Source of the DNA: Opitutales bacterium
GTDB taxonomy: Bacteria > Verrucomicrobiota > Verrucomicrobiia > Opitutales > Oceanipulchritudinaceae
Assembly: GCA_020831585.1 (NCBI GenBank)
Contig: JAFIGE010000006.1
Coordinates: 1,198 to 65,197 of the forward strand
Reading direction: 5' to 3'
Length of the DNA stretch: 64,000 nucleotides
Both the position numbers and the translations under genes were made by a program. Below are positions 9,953 through 19,030 of this stretch, one piece after another. The notes beneath the pieces are model-generated. The model was not told the DNA's origin. It was given only the letters and a program-made list of their open reading frames with translations, and did not search any database. Numbering within the stretch: the stretch's first letter is position 1; every line of letters starts with the position of its first letter.

Positions 9953-10719
9953 AGGACACCCGCGAGGCCGCCAGTGCCCTAAAGCAGCACGCCCGTGAGA
10001 TCGCCGAAACGCGGGCGTGTTGGGACCGCAAGCCCCTCCTGCGGGCAGCCTACCGCTCCTTCCACGAAGAGATTCGCCGTCGCTTGGCACCCGGGGGCGG
10101 CTTAACGGTGGAACTCGGCTCCGGCATCGGCATGATCAAGGAGAGAATTCCGGCGTGCATCACCACCGATCTCTTTCCTAATCCGTGGGTCGATCAGACG
10201 GAGGACGCCTATGCGCTCTCTTTTGCCGATGGCTCGGTGCGCAACCTCATCCTCTTCGATGTTTGGCACCACCTGGAATACCCGGGTAGTGCCATGGAAG
10301 AATTTTCCCGGGTTCTTGCACCCGGCGGTCGGGTCATCCTTTTTGAGCCGGCGGCGCTCAGTATCCTCGGGCGCCTCGTTTTCGGCATCTTTCACCACGA
10401 ACCCATCCATTCACCGCAGCCGCAGACCTGGTTTCTGCCAGAAGGGGCGCAACGGGCCGCTTTGCCCTATTTCGCTGCCCAGGGAAATGCCTGGAAGATG
10501 TTTCGTGGAGGAAAAGTACCTTTGCCCTTAGCCGAAAATTGGCGCTGCGCTGAAATCGCCTACTTCCCCGCTTTCGACTGGCTGGCCGCCGGTGGCTTTC
10601 GTCAAAAACAGCTCGCCCCCCTGGCCCTCGCCCCCATTTTGCGCATGGCCTCCTCTATAGCCGCAATTCTGCCACTCGCTTTTGCCACACGTATGCTCGT
10701 CGTTTTAGACAGATCGTGA
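9949..10719 (+). CDS. Class I SAM-dependent methyltransferase (Methyltransf_11-like)
   Basis: LTVELGSGIGM and LAPGGRVILFEP motifs. ATGA overlap with the upstream gene. Confidence 0.75.
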   Translation: MKDTREAASALKQHAREIAETRACWDRKPLLRAAYRSFHEEIRRRLAPGGGLTVELGSGIGMIKERIPACITTDLFPNPWVDQTEDAYALSFADGSVRNLILFDVWHHLEYPGSAMEEFSRVLAPGGRVILFEPAALSILGRLVFGIFHHEPIHSPQPQTWFLPEGAQRAALPYFAAQGNAWKMFRGGKVPLPLAENWRCAEIAYFPAFDWLAAGGFRQKQLAPLALAPILRMASSIAAILPLAFATRMLVVLDRS

Positions 10720-10741
10720 GACCCCGAAGTCCCATTCAGTT

Positions 10742-11100
10742 TGTCAACAAAATATACCGGTTAGTCTTATCAGCCTCCCCCTTGTCGAAGGCCCTCTCAA
10801 GCCGTCGCGATATGTCTCTTCATCTAATGGTGGTGGGCCTCCGTTCCGGTTGTTAAGGAATAATACCGGTTATACATATATCGGATTTGAGAGCTGACAG
10901 ATGTGTCAACAAAATATACCGGTTAGTCTTATCAGCCTCCCCCTTGTCGAAGGCCCTCTCAAGCCGTCGCGATATGTCTCTTCATCTAATGGTGGTGGGC
11001 CTCCGTTCCGGTTGTTAAGGAATAATACCGGTTATACATATATCGGATTTGAGAGCTGACAGATGTGTCAACAAAATATACCGGTTAGTCTTATCAGCCT
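10742..11100 (+). repeat. Tandem array of two identical 162-bp units (10742-10903, 10904-11065) plus a 35-bp partial third unit (11066-11100)
   Basis: Direct comparison of the sequence lines shows the two full units are identical by eye. Each unit carries two AT-rich boxes, TGTCAACAAAATATACCGGTTA and TTGTTAAGGAATAATACCGGTTATACATA. Confidence 0.95.
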
Positions 11101-11312
11101 GAGGAAAAGTACCTTTGCCCTTAGCCGAAAATTGGCGCTGCGCTGAAATCGCCTACTTCCCCGCTTTCGACTGGCTGGCCGCCGGTGGCTTTCGTCAAAA
11201 ACAGCTCGCCCCCCTGGCCCTCGCCCCCATTTTGCGCATGGCCTCCTCTATAGCCGCAATTCTGCCACTCGCTTTTGCCACACGTATGCTCGTCGTTTTA
11301 GACAGATCGTGA
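11101..11312 (+). pseudogene. Duplicated 3' fragment of the methyltransferase gene (copy of 10508-10719)
   Basis: 11101-11334 repeats 10508-10741 at an offset of 593 bp, with one mismatch that I could see (10732 c vs 11325 t, in the non-coding tail just past the stop). The 65-aa track ORF 11115..11312 is identical to the C-terminus of the 9949..10719 protein. Confidence 0.85.
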
Positions 11313-11333
11313 GACCCCGAAGTCTCATTCAGT

Positions 11334-11362
11334 TTGTCAACAAAATATACCGGTTATACTTA
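11334..11362 (+). promoter_or_regulatory. AT-rich promoter-like box (TTGTCA-N17-TACTTA, spacer contains ATACCGGTTA)
   Basis: Member of the recurrent box family described in the findings. Confidence 0.35.
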
Positions 11363-11503
11363 TTAGGCGATATTCGCCGTTGTCGCGGGGCCTCGCAAGC
11401 CGGCGCGATGTTTCTCTTCATCTTCTGTTGGCGGCTTCCATTCAGGTTAATAGTCAAAGAATAATACCGGTTAGGTATCTATGGATTTGAGAGCTGACAG
11501 ATG
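11335..11503 (+). repeat. Diverged third copy (roughly 70% identity by eye) of the 162-bp unit, forming the native upstream region and 5' end of the next gene
   Basis: Shares TGTCAACAAAATATACCGGTTA, CAAGCCG.CGCGAT.T.TCTCTTCATCT, AATAATACCGGTTA and GGATTTGAGAGCTGACAGATG blocks with the units at 10742-11065. Confidence 0.8.
11451..11479 (+). promoter_or_regulatory. AT-rich promoter-like box (TAGTCA-N17-GGTATC, spacer AAGAATAATACCGGTTA)
   Basis: Same box family. It lies 37-49 nt upstream of the in-frame ATGs at 11517 and 11529. Confidence 0.35.
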
Positions 11504-12743
11504 GGGGAGGGATGGCATGTTGAGGGGGATGAGTTTGTCACTTCGGGCTGGGTTTGCGAAGGAGGCGATTACGCCAGGGCGGGAATGCTCACTGGTGGGC
11601 TATGCTTTCCGGTTTGAGGCGTTCGGGAGCGGCCATGAGGGGGTTCTCGATCCGCTTTTTGCGCGGGCGGTCTATGTGGAAGGGGAGGGGGGGCTCGGGT
11701 ATTTGCTGATAGCGCTGGATCTGTGCGTGCTGGAGACGGCGCTTGCGACGGATCTTCGGGATCGCCTGGGGTCGGCGTTGGACCTCCCGGCCGGGCACAT
11801 TGTTTTGGCCTGCAGCCACACGCATTCGGGTCCGTTTCCGCAGTTGGCGGAGGAGGGGGGGCTGGAAACCCCTCAGTTGCAGAGAGGCTCTGCGCCCGCT
11901 GAGGCGAATGTGGCCTACGCGGCTTTCCTTCTGGATGTGCTGATCCGGGTCTGTCGCAAGGCGCGGGGGCTGACGGAGCCAATCAGCGTCCACTTTGCGG
12001 AATTTCTGTGCGAGTTTGGCTACCAACGCCGGGTTTCGACTCCCGCGGGTTTGCGGGTTTGCTGGAACGTGTTTGAGACTCCGGAGCGCCCACCGGTGCG
12101 TCAGCCGGATCCGACGGTTTCCGCCCTAGTATTGCGGCAGGCTTCGGGGCGATTGCTGGTGTTGTGGTCGGCGGGGGTGCATCCGGTTTGTCTGGGGAAG
12201 ACGAGCAACGTGGTCAGCGCGGATTGGCCCGGGCGCGCAAATGCGCTTCTCGCGGAGTGGTTGCCGTGCGCGGAGGGGCTCTATTTTCACGGTGCCGCCG
12301 GAGAGGTGCATCCTTTTATCGCCACCCAGGATCGGGCGGATCCGCTCGGGGTGGTGGGGCGTGCGGTGGCTGCCCCATTAGCGCTGGCGGCGCGAACCGC
12401 CCGACCGGTGGAGGCGGGCGCGGTGACGCATGCAGCGGTGCCGCTCCCCGGCGATGCGGGCGGGGGCATGGTCACGCTGTTGCGGATGGGGCCGGTGGCC
12501 TTGGTGTTTCTTCCGGTGGAGCTGTTCGCCTCTCTGGGCTTGCGGGTGCGGCGGGCTTTTCAGCACCCGGTTTTCTTTTCCACCGTGAGCAACGGGTGGG
12601 AGGGGTATTGGCCGGATGAGGCCGCCTTCGCGGATGGTGGCTACGAGGTGGACGCCGCCCGCTCGCGCGGAAGGGGCGAACGGGATGGGGAGGATTTGGC
12701 CGATTTGCTCATTCACGCGCTGCGGAAGGCGGGCCACACCTGA
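11481..12743 (+). CDS. Neutral/alkaline ceramidase-like N-terminal-domain family protein (hypothetical hydrolase)
   Basis: LRAGFAKEAITPG...VGY...LDPLFARAVYVEG...LACSHTHSGP pattern. The true start may be 11517 or 11529 (MSLSLRAG...). Confidence 0.5.
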   Translation: MDLRADRWGRDGMLRGMSLSLRAGFAKEAITPGRECSLVGYAFRFEAFGSGHEGVLDPLFARAVYVEGEGGLGYLLIALDLCVLETALATDLRDRLGSALDLPAGHIVLACSHTHSGPFPQLAEEGGLETPQLQRGSAPAEANVAYAAFLLDVLIRVCRKARGLTEPISVHFAEFLCEFGYQRRVSTPAGLRVCWNVFETPERPPVRQPDPTVSALVLRQASGRLLVLWSAGVHPVCLGKTSNVVSADWPGRANALLAEWLPCAEGLYFHGAAGEVHPFIATQDRADPLGVVGRAVAAPLALAARTARPVEAGAVTHAAVPLPGDAGGGMVTLLRMGPVALVFLPVELFASLGLRVRRAFQHPVFFSTVSNGWEGYWPDEAAFADGGYEVDAARSRGRGERDGEDLADLLIHALRKAGHT

Positions 12744-12763
12744 TTTAACTTTGACTGATCAAA

Positions 12764-13759
12764 ATGAGTTTCTTGACAAAAGGAAACTTACGGTTGAGCA
12801 ATAGGGCTATGTGGAAGAAGTGGATCGGTATATGTTTTTTGCTGGGGATGGCATCGAGTGCGCAGGCAGCTCCGCTGAATGTGGTGGCGACCACGGGGAT
12901 GATTGCGGACATTGTGAGGAGCGTCGGGGGAGACGCGGTGGTGGTGGAGACATTGATTCCAACCGGGGTGGATCCGCATGGTTTCACGCCGGGCCGGGGG
13001 GATGTGGTGCGCCTGCGGCGAGCGGAGGTGATTTTTTACAACGGGCTGCTCCTTGAGGGGCGGATGAGTGATTTGCTCGCGCGGATGGGACGGCAGGGAC
13101 GCGTGACAGTGGTGGCGGTGGCGGATGAGCTGCGCGACACGGAGGCGTATGCCGCCGCGAAGGATGATGAGGGCGAGTGGGACCCGCATTTGTGGATGGA
13201 TGTGGGGGCTTGGCGGGAGGCTGTGAGCGTGGTCGAGCGGGTCCTGGCGGCCAAGCGGCCGGCGAAGGCAGCGGTGTTTGCGGCGAACGCGAAGACGTAT
13301 CGCGGGGAGTTGGATGCGCTCGATGCCTATGTGCGGTCGATTGTCGCGACGATCCCGCAGGAAAGCAGGGTGTTGGTGACGGCGCATGACGCGTTTGGCT
13401 ACTTTGGACGGGCGTATGGTCTGGAAGTTCGGGGGATTCAGGGGATTTCAACGGAGTCGGAACCGGGCGTGCGCGACTTGGAAAACCTGATCGCGTTTGT
13501 GGTGAGGCGGCAGGTGCCGGCGATCTTTCTGGAGACCTCGGTGCCCGACCGTAACGCGCGTGCGCTCATCGAAGGAGCGCGTGCGCAGGGGCATCAGGTG
13601 CGGATCGGCGGGCGTCTTTTTTCTGATTCGATGGGCCTGCCGGGCACGTACACGGGGACCTACCTGGGCATGATCGATCACAACGCGACCACGATTGTGC
13701 GGAGCCTGGGCGGTCAAGCTCCGGAGCGTGGCCGACTCGGGAAACTGGAGTTGCCTTGA
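12764..13759 (+). CDS. Metal ABC transporter substrate-binding protein (ZnuA/TroA/MntC/YtgA family)
   Basis: Signal peptide, then LNVVATTGMIADIV...DPHGF...DPHLWMD motifs typical of cluster A-I metal-binding proteins. Confidence 0.85.
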   Translation: MSFLTKGNLRLSNRAMWKKWIGICFLLGMASSAQAAPLNVVATTGMIADIVRSVGGDAVVVETLIPTGVDPHGFTPGRGDVVRLRRAEVIFYNGLLLEGRMSDLLARMGRQGRVTVVAVADELRDTEAYAAAKDDEGEWDPHLWMDVGAWREAVSVVERVLAAKRPAKAAVFAANAKTYRGELDALDAYVRSIVATIPQESRVLVTAHDAFGYFGRAYGLEVRGIQGISTESEPGVRDLENLIAFVVRRQVPAIFLETSVPDRNARALIEGARAQGHQVRIGGRLFSDSMGLPGTYTGTYLGMIDHNATTIVRSLGGQAPERGRLGKLELP

Positions 13760-13874
13760 GGCTGCTTTCCCACGAGGGTGACAGGGTGGTGGTTGGGGTT
13801 TGCACTTCCGGCGGGCCGGCCGTTGGTTTTCACGCTGGAAGCGTGAGCCCCACCGGAGTTAGATCCCTGCTTAG

Positions 13875-14690
13875 ATGAAACAACTTGAGCCGCAATCGGG
13901 ACGATGGGCAAACGACGCCACGCACGGGGCGGAGGTACCGCTTTCCGTGCACGATCTGACGGTTGCTTATGAGCGCAAGCCGGTTATCTGGGACATCGAT
14001 CTGGACTTTCCGGCCGATGCCATCGTGGGGATCATCGGGCCGAACGGCGCGGGCAAGAGCACCCTGATCAAGGCGTGTCTGGATTTGGTGCCGCGGGCAA
14101 GCGGAGAGATTCTGGTGTATGGCCGGCCCTACGCCCGGCAGCGCCAGCGGGTGGGCTACGTGCCGCAACGGGAGAGCGTGGATTGGGACTTTCCGGTGAG
14201 CGTGCTCGATGTGGTGGCGATGGGCACGTATGGCCGCCTGGGTTGGCTGCGCCCGGTAAACCGGCGGAGCCGCGCGCTGGCTTTGGAAGCGCTGGAGCGG
14301 GTGGGCATGGCGGATTTCGCGTCACGCCAGATCAGCCAGCTTTCGGGCGGGCAACAGCAGCGGACATTTCTGGCGCGGGCGTTGGCGCAGGACGCGGATA
14401 TCTACCTGATGGATGAGCCGTTTGCGGCGGTGGATGCGGCCACCGAGCGCGCGGTCGTCGAGGTCTTGAGGGAGTTGCGGAAACGGGGGCGCACGTGCCT
14501 CGTGGTGCACCATGATCTGGCCACGGTCGCGGAATATTTCGACTGGCTGGTGATGTTGAACATGCGCGTGGTGGCAGCCGGTCCGACGGCAGACGTCTTC
14601 ACCAATGAGAATCTACGCAAGACATACGGCGGGCGGCTAACTTTGTTGAGCGAGGCGGCGGCGGCGTTGCGGCGGGGAGGCCCGGCATGA
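13875..14690 (+). CDS. Metal ABC transporter ATP-binding protein
   Basis: Walker [10 protein letters not shown], signature LSGGQQQR, Walker B IYLMDEP. Confidence 0.9.
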   Translation: MKQLEPQSGRWANDATHGAEVPLSVHDLTVAYERKPVIWDIDLDFPADAIVGIIGPNGAGKSTLIKACLDLVPRASGEILVYGRPYARQRQRVGYVPQRESVDWDFPVSVLDVVAMGTYGRLGWLRPVNRRSRALALEALERVGMADFASRQISQLSGGQQQRTFLARALAQDADIYLMDEPFAAVDAATERAVVEVLRELRKRGRTCLVVHHDLATVAEYFDWLVMLNMRVVAAGPTADVFTNENLRKTYGGRLTLLSEAAAALRRGGPA

Positions 14691-16036
14691 CCGGGGGAGA
14701 GAGCGAGTTTTCCGAGATCTTTGTGCGGGTGCTGCTCCTGCGGGATTACAACACCCGTCTGGTTGTTCTTTCAACGGCTCTTCTGGGCATAGCGGGCGGT
14801 GTGGTTGGCTCCTTTCTGCTTTTGCGGAAGCGGGCTCTGATGGGTGATGCCATTGCGCACGCCACATTTCCCGGCGTGGTGGCGGCCTTCATGTTGCTGG
14901 TGCTTCTGGGCGGGGACGGCCGTTTCCTGCCCTGGCTTTTGCTGGGGGCGCTCGCCGGCGGGGCGCTCGGTTGTGTAGCGGTTGTGTGGATACGCACGGC
15001 CACCCGTATCAAGGACGACGCGGCCATGGGCATTGTCCTCAGCGTTTTCTTCGGCGGCGGGGTGGCTTTGTTTGGGATGGCGCAACGGATGCCGGGGACA
15101 AGCGCGGCGGGCTTGAAGAGTTTTTTGTATGGCAACACGGCGGCAATGGTCTGGGGGGATTTTCTTCTCCTCGCCGTGAGCGCCGTGGTGGTGCTGGTGA
15201 TCGCGCTCTTTTTCTTCAAGGAGCTGCGGCTGCTTTGTTTCGACGAGGCCTTCGCGCGCGCGCAGGGCTGGCCGGTCCGCTTTCTCGACGGCATTCTGCT
15301 GGCGCTGGCGGCGGGGATCACGGTCGTGGGTTTGCAGGCTGTGGGGATCATTCTGATCATTGCCATGCTGATTATCCCGGCGGCGTCGGCGCGTCAGTGG
15401 ACCCATCGCTTCGGGTGGATGTTGATTTTGGCGGCGGCGCTGGGTGGGGCGAGTGGCTGGGTGGGCTCCACCGTGAGCGCGCTTTTGCCCAAAGCTCCGG
15501 CGGGCGCGGTGATCGTGCTCACGGCGGCGGCGATTTTTCTCGTCAGCCTTCTGGCGGGGAGTGACCGCGGGTTGGCGCGCCGGGGCTGGCGGGCGCGCAA
15601 GCTGGCCCAGCGGGTGGAGCGGCAACACCTTTTGCGGGCGGCTTTTGAATTACTGGAGGAACAGAATGCCGATCCCCGGACGACGCTTGTGCGCTGGAGC
15701 GATTTGGCCCGCCGCCGCAGTTGGACTGCCCATCGGCTTCGCCGCGCCGCCACCCGCGCATACAACGATGCGCTTGTGAACAAGCCGGAGGCGGACGGGT
15801 TTCAGCTCTCCGACCGGGGTTGGCGGGAAGCCACCCGCGTGACCCGTAACCACCGTTTGTGGGAATTGTATCTCATCGAGCGCGCGGATATCGCGCCGAG
15901 TCATGTCGACCGGGATGCCGACACCATCGAACACGTGCTTGGACCGGACCTGGTGCGCGAACTCGAGCGTGTCATGGCGCGCCAGGGGGGGGGCGGGGGC
16001 GCGCCGCTTCCGCCCAGTCCACATCCCCTTTCCTGA
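14687..16036 (+). CDS. Metal ABC transporter permease fused to a C-terminal DtxR/MntR-like repressor module (YtgC-YtgR-like architecture)
   Basis: About 295 residues of ABC-3 permease ([13 protein letters not shown]...), then about 150 residues with a wHTH-like segment and NHRLWELYL...[11 protein letters not shown], which resembles the DtxR dimerisation/metal-binding helix. ATGA overlap with the ATPase gene. Confidence 0.8.
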   Translation: MTGGESEFSEIFVRVLLLRDYNTRLVVLSTALLGIAGGVVGSFLLLRKRALMGDAIAHATFPGVVAAFMLLVLLGGDGRFLPWLLLGALAGGALGCVAVVWIRTATRIKDDAAMGIVLSVFFGGGVALFGMAQRMPGTSAAGLKSFLYGNTAAMVWGDFLLLAVSAVVVLVIALFFFKELRLLCFDEAFARAQGWPVRFLDGILLALAAGITVVGLQAVGIILIIAMLIIPAASARQWTHRFGWMLILAAALGGASGWVGSTVSALLPKAPAGAVIVLTAAAIFLVSLLAGSDRGLARRGWRARKLAQRVERQHLLRAAFELLEEQNADPRTTLVRWSDLARRRSWTAHRLRRAATRAYNDALVNKPEADGFQLSDRGWREATRVTRNHRLWELYLIERADIAPSHVDRDADTIEHVLGPDLVRELERVMARQGGGGGAPLPPSPHPLS

Positions 16037-16044
16037 GGACCGGT

Positions 16045-16962
16045 ATGGAGTGGTACGCCTTTGATACGTGGATTGTCCTGACTGGTGCACTGAGCGCCGG
16101 GGCCTGTGCCCTCGTGGGAAGTTTCCTTGTTTTGCGGCGCATGAGCATGATGGGCGATGCCATCAGTCATGCCGTTTTGCCGGGGCTGGCGGTGGCGTTT
16201 TTGATCACGGGCGCGCGTTCGAGCTGGGTGATGTTTGCGGGGGCGGCGGCGATCGGCCTCCTCACGGCGGTGGGAACGGAATGGCTTCACCGCAAGGGGC
16301 GCATGGACGAGGGCGCATCGATGGGCATCGTTTTCACCACCTTTTTTGCGCTCGGGCTGGTGCTCATCGCGCGGGCGGCGGATCGGGTGGATCTCGATCC
16401 GGAGTGCGTTCTTTACGGGGCGCTCGAACTTACGCCGCTCGACACGGTTGCCTTGGCCCTGCCCTTTTTTGGGGAGGCCGACGTGCCGCGCGCCTTTCTC
16501 GTTCTCCTCGCTGTGTTTGTGCTGAACCTTGTGGCGGTGGCGGTGTTCTTCAAGGAGTTGCGGCTGGTCTGCTTCGATCCCGCGCTCGCCGCCACGCTCG
16601 GGTTTGGGGCAAAGCGGGTGCATTATGGCCTGATGACGCTGGTTGCGGTCACGACGGTGGCTTCGTTTGAAGCGGTGGGAAGCATTCTGGTGATTGCCAT
16701 GCTCATCGTGCCGGCGGCCACGGCTCGCTTGTTGACGGATCGCTTGAGCACATTGCTCCTGCTCGCGGTATTGCTGGCCTTCGCCGCCGCCGCGGTGGGG
16801 CACTTCGCGGCCATCACAGTGCCGGTTTGGTTTGGGTTTGCGGATACCTCGACGGCAGGCACGATGGCTTTTGTCACTGGCTTGTTTTTTCTGGGTGCGG
16901 CGGGCTATGCCTCTTTGCGGCGTCGCCTCCAAACCCGGTCAACGCCCATAGCCACTTTATAG
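16045..16962 (+). CDS. Metal ABC transporter permease (second subunit)
   Basis: Start chosen at MEWYAFDTWIVLTG (ATG 16045). MGDAISHAVLPGLAVAF motif is paralogous to the preceding permease. Confidence 0.85.
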   Translation: MEWYAFDTWIVLTGALSAGACALVGSFLVLRRMSMMGDAISHAVLPGLAVAFLITGARSSWVMFAGAAAIGLLTAVGTEWLHRKGRMDEGASMGIVFTTFFALGLVLIARAADRVDLDPECVLYGALELTPLDTVALALPFFGEADVPRAFLVLLAVFVLNLVAVAVFFKELRLVCFDPALAATLGFGAKRVHYGLMTLVAVTTVASFEAVGSILVIAMLIVPAATARLLTDRLSTLLLLAVLLAFAAAAVGHFAAITVPVWFGFADTSTAGTMAFVTGLFFLGAAGYASLRRRLQTRSTPIATL

Positions 16963-17012
16963 CCAGTTCTGTAGGTGGACAATATTAGGGGGATTGCCCC
17001 ATTGTTGTTGGC

Positions 17013-17726
17013 ATGATCACAGCGTCTGAATCTGTTGCGTCGGGTGAATCTTTTGTTGAAGAAGGGCAAGCGGTGCGCAGCCCCGGAGCCACGGTGGGAG
17101 CGTTACTGGGAGATGCGCTCCGGAAACTGGAAGAGGCGGCCCAAATAGCGGAGGCCGCCGAGGCACCCGGTGGGTTTTCGGGGTCGCTGGCCACAGCCAC
17201 GGAGCTTCTCCGCTATGCACAAAAGCAGGCACGCGAAATTTGCGCGGTTGCGGAAACGATGTCGGATGAGCCGCCTTGCCTCGTGGTAGACCCGGGTGCC
17301 GCCGCCAGCGAATCTGCGATTCATGACAATCTGGCAGATTTGTTGCCGCAGATCCTTTCGCCGGCTGGCGTGGAGTGGGAGGTCTTTGGAGAACCGGAAG
17401 CGGCTTCGCTGCCGAACGAGGTGCAACGGGCGGTCTCCGACATTCTCCGCGAGATCCTCGTGAACACGGCCCGGCATGCGCAGGCGAGGCGTGTGACCTT
17501 GCACTATTTTAACAGCAATGCCTGTTTCCGTATGCGTGTGGCGGATGACGGAAAGGGCTTTTGCCTGCACCATCCCCGCAAGACCCTGGGCTTGGAAAGG
17601 ATGCGGGAGCGCGCACAGCTTTTGGGAGGTGAGTTGAAGGTGGAATCCGCCCCATGGGCGGGGACGCGGGTCGTATTGACTATGCCGATCTCCGCTTCGG
17701 CGCTTCGCGAGGATATCCCCGCCTGA
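17013..17726 (+). CDS. Soluble histidine-kinase-like protein (HisKA_3-type H-box plus HATPase_c). No TM segments and no adjacent response regulator.
   Basis: AIHDNLADLL H-box-like motif. NTARHA, DDGKGF and LGLERMRERAQLLGGEL ATPase boxes. Confidence 0.65.
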   Translation: MITASESVASGESFVEEGQAVRSPGATVGALLGDALRKLEEAAQIAEAAEAPGGFSGSLATATELLRYAQKQAREICAVAETMSDEPPCLVVDPGAAASESAIHDNLADLLPQILSPAGVEWEVFGEPEAASLPNEVQRAVSDILREILVNTARHAQARRVTLHYFNSNACFRMRVADDGKGFCLHHPRKTLGLERMRERAQLLGGELKVESAPWAGTRVVLTMPISASALREDIPA

Positions 17727-17805
17727 GGGCAGAATTTTTGGTTTGGTTCCGTTGCCAAGAGCAAGGGAACCGGTGGTTTAGTTGAGTAGCAGAGCAGAGT
17801 AGTGG

Positions 17806-17856
17806 AAAAACCGGCGGTCGCTCCCCCGAAAGGGATGCCGACCGCCGGTTTTATCA
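17806..17856. terminator. Bidirectional intrinsic terminator hairpin between convergent genes
   Basis: AAAACCGGCGGTCG (17807-17820) pairs perfectly with CGACCGCCGGTTTT (17839-17852). A/T runs lie on both sides. Confidence 0.8.
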
Positions 17857-17904
17857 TTTTGGGGATAGGGGGCGGCGTGTGGACGCGCACCCGGTTCGAT
17901 CACT

Positions 17905-18870
17905 TCACCAGTTCTTACAGGCGAAAAGGATATCCTCCAGCTTACCCGTGGCAACGCACTGCACCGTATCGGCTCCACCGTAGTAAAGCTTCACGGTGTT
18001 GTCGGGCTCGACGATTTTCGCGCAGGGGAAACAGACGTGCTCAACGAGGCCCTGCATCTCGTAGGGGGCCTCGGGGAAAAGGATGGGGTGCTTCGTCACG
18101 TGGCGCACGATCCAGGGTTTTTCGAGGTCGAGAAGGGCGGCCCCCACGCTGTATTCGCGCGTTGTGCAATTGTTCATGATGGCGTGGAAGAGGATGAGCC
18201 ACCCGTCCGGGGTGCGGTAAGGCACGGTGGAGGGCCCGAGGCCGCTGATGCCGTAGTTCCACACATCGGTCATGGCGAGCGACTCATAGGAGTCGCCCCA
18301 GTGGATCAGGTCGGGCGAGTAGCTGAACCACACGTTGCCCTTGCCCCCCGCCGAACCGAGATTGGGGCGCTCCAGGCGCATGTAGCGACCGTCCGCGCTC
18401 TTCTCGGGGAAGATCACCATGTTGCGGTTGTCGGGCGCGTTGATGTAGTTCACGTATTCGAGCGTCTCCAGATCCTTCGAACGGAAGAGGGCGATGCGCG
18501 AGAAACTCGTGTTCTGGCAGGCGATGAGGACGAGGAACTCTCCGTCGATATAGGTGATCCGCGGATCGTAGTAGACGGTGGAGGCGTAGCGGTGCCACGT
18601 CTCGGTGTCGGGCATGGTGAACGGCTCGGGGCGGAGCTTCCAATTGAGGCCGTCGGTGCTGTCGGCACCCCAGAGCAGCGTCATGTGGTTGAGCTGGTTG
18701 GTGCGGCAGAGCATGACATACTTCCCCTCGGCCACTTTGATAGCGGAGGAGTTGTAGACGGCCCGCATACGGATCCCGAGTTGCTTCTGAAAGTCTTCGG
18801 CGGTCAGGACCGGATTGCCGGGGTGGCGGGTGAGGATTTCGCGATCAATCTTGGTGTAGCTCATAGGCAC
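17905..18870 (-). CDS. Glycoside hydrolase family 130-like glycoside phosphorylase
   Basis: N-terminal ILTRHPGNPVLTAEDF...VYNSSAI and overall five-bladed-propeller-type sequence, as in GH130 mannoside phosphorylases. Confidence 0.7.
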   Translation of the reverse strand: MPMSYTKIDREILTRHPGNPVLTAEDFQKQLGIRMRAVYNSSAIKVAEGKYVMLCRTNQLNHMTLLWGADSTDGLNWKLRPEPFTMPDTETWHRYASTVYYDPRITYIDGEFLVLIACQNTSFSRIALFRSKDLETLEYVNYINAPDNRNMVIFPEKSADGRYMRLERPNLGSAGGKGNVWFSYSPDLIHWGDSYESLAMTDVWNYGISGLGPSTVPYRTPDGWLILFHAIMNNCTTREYSVGAALLDLEKPWIVRHVTKHPILFPEAPYEMQGLVEHVCFPCAKIVEPDNTVKLYYGGADTVQCVATGKLEDILFACKNW

Positions 18871-19030
18871 CCACTAGAGCGGGCCGCTCCTTCCAAAAAC
18901 AAGCGCAATCGTATGGGCTCGGCGGAAAAATGCGTGTTTATGAAAGAATGCGACTTGCGGCGGAAAAATGTCGTCGGGAGCGGCGCAGAAGATGAGAGGG
19001 AGCGTCGGATTTATCCTAAATTAATCTACT

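Noticed and set aside
10742-11100. Possible CRISPR array
   Set aside because: The period is 162 bp with identical whole units and no short repeat/unique spacer alternation. There are no cas genes. It is a tandem duplication.
12744-12830. DtxR/MntR-type operator upstream of the metal transporter
   Set aside because: Only a weak 5+5 inverted repeat (TTTGA-N4-TCAAA) is present, not a 19-bp DtxR-like palindrome. It is mentioned as something to test, not called.
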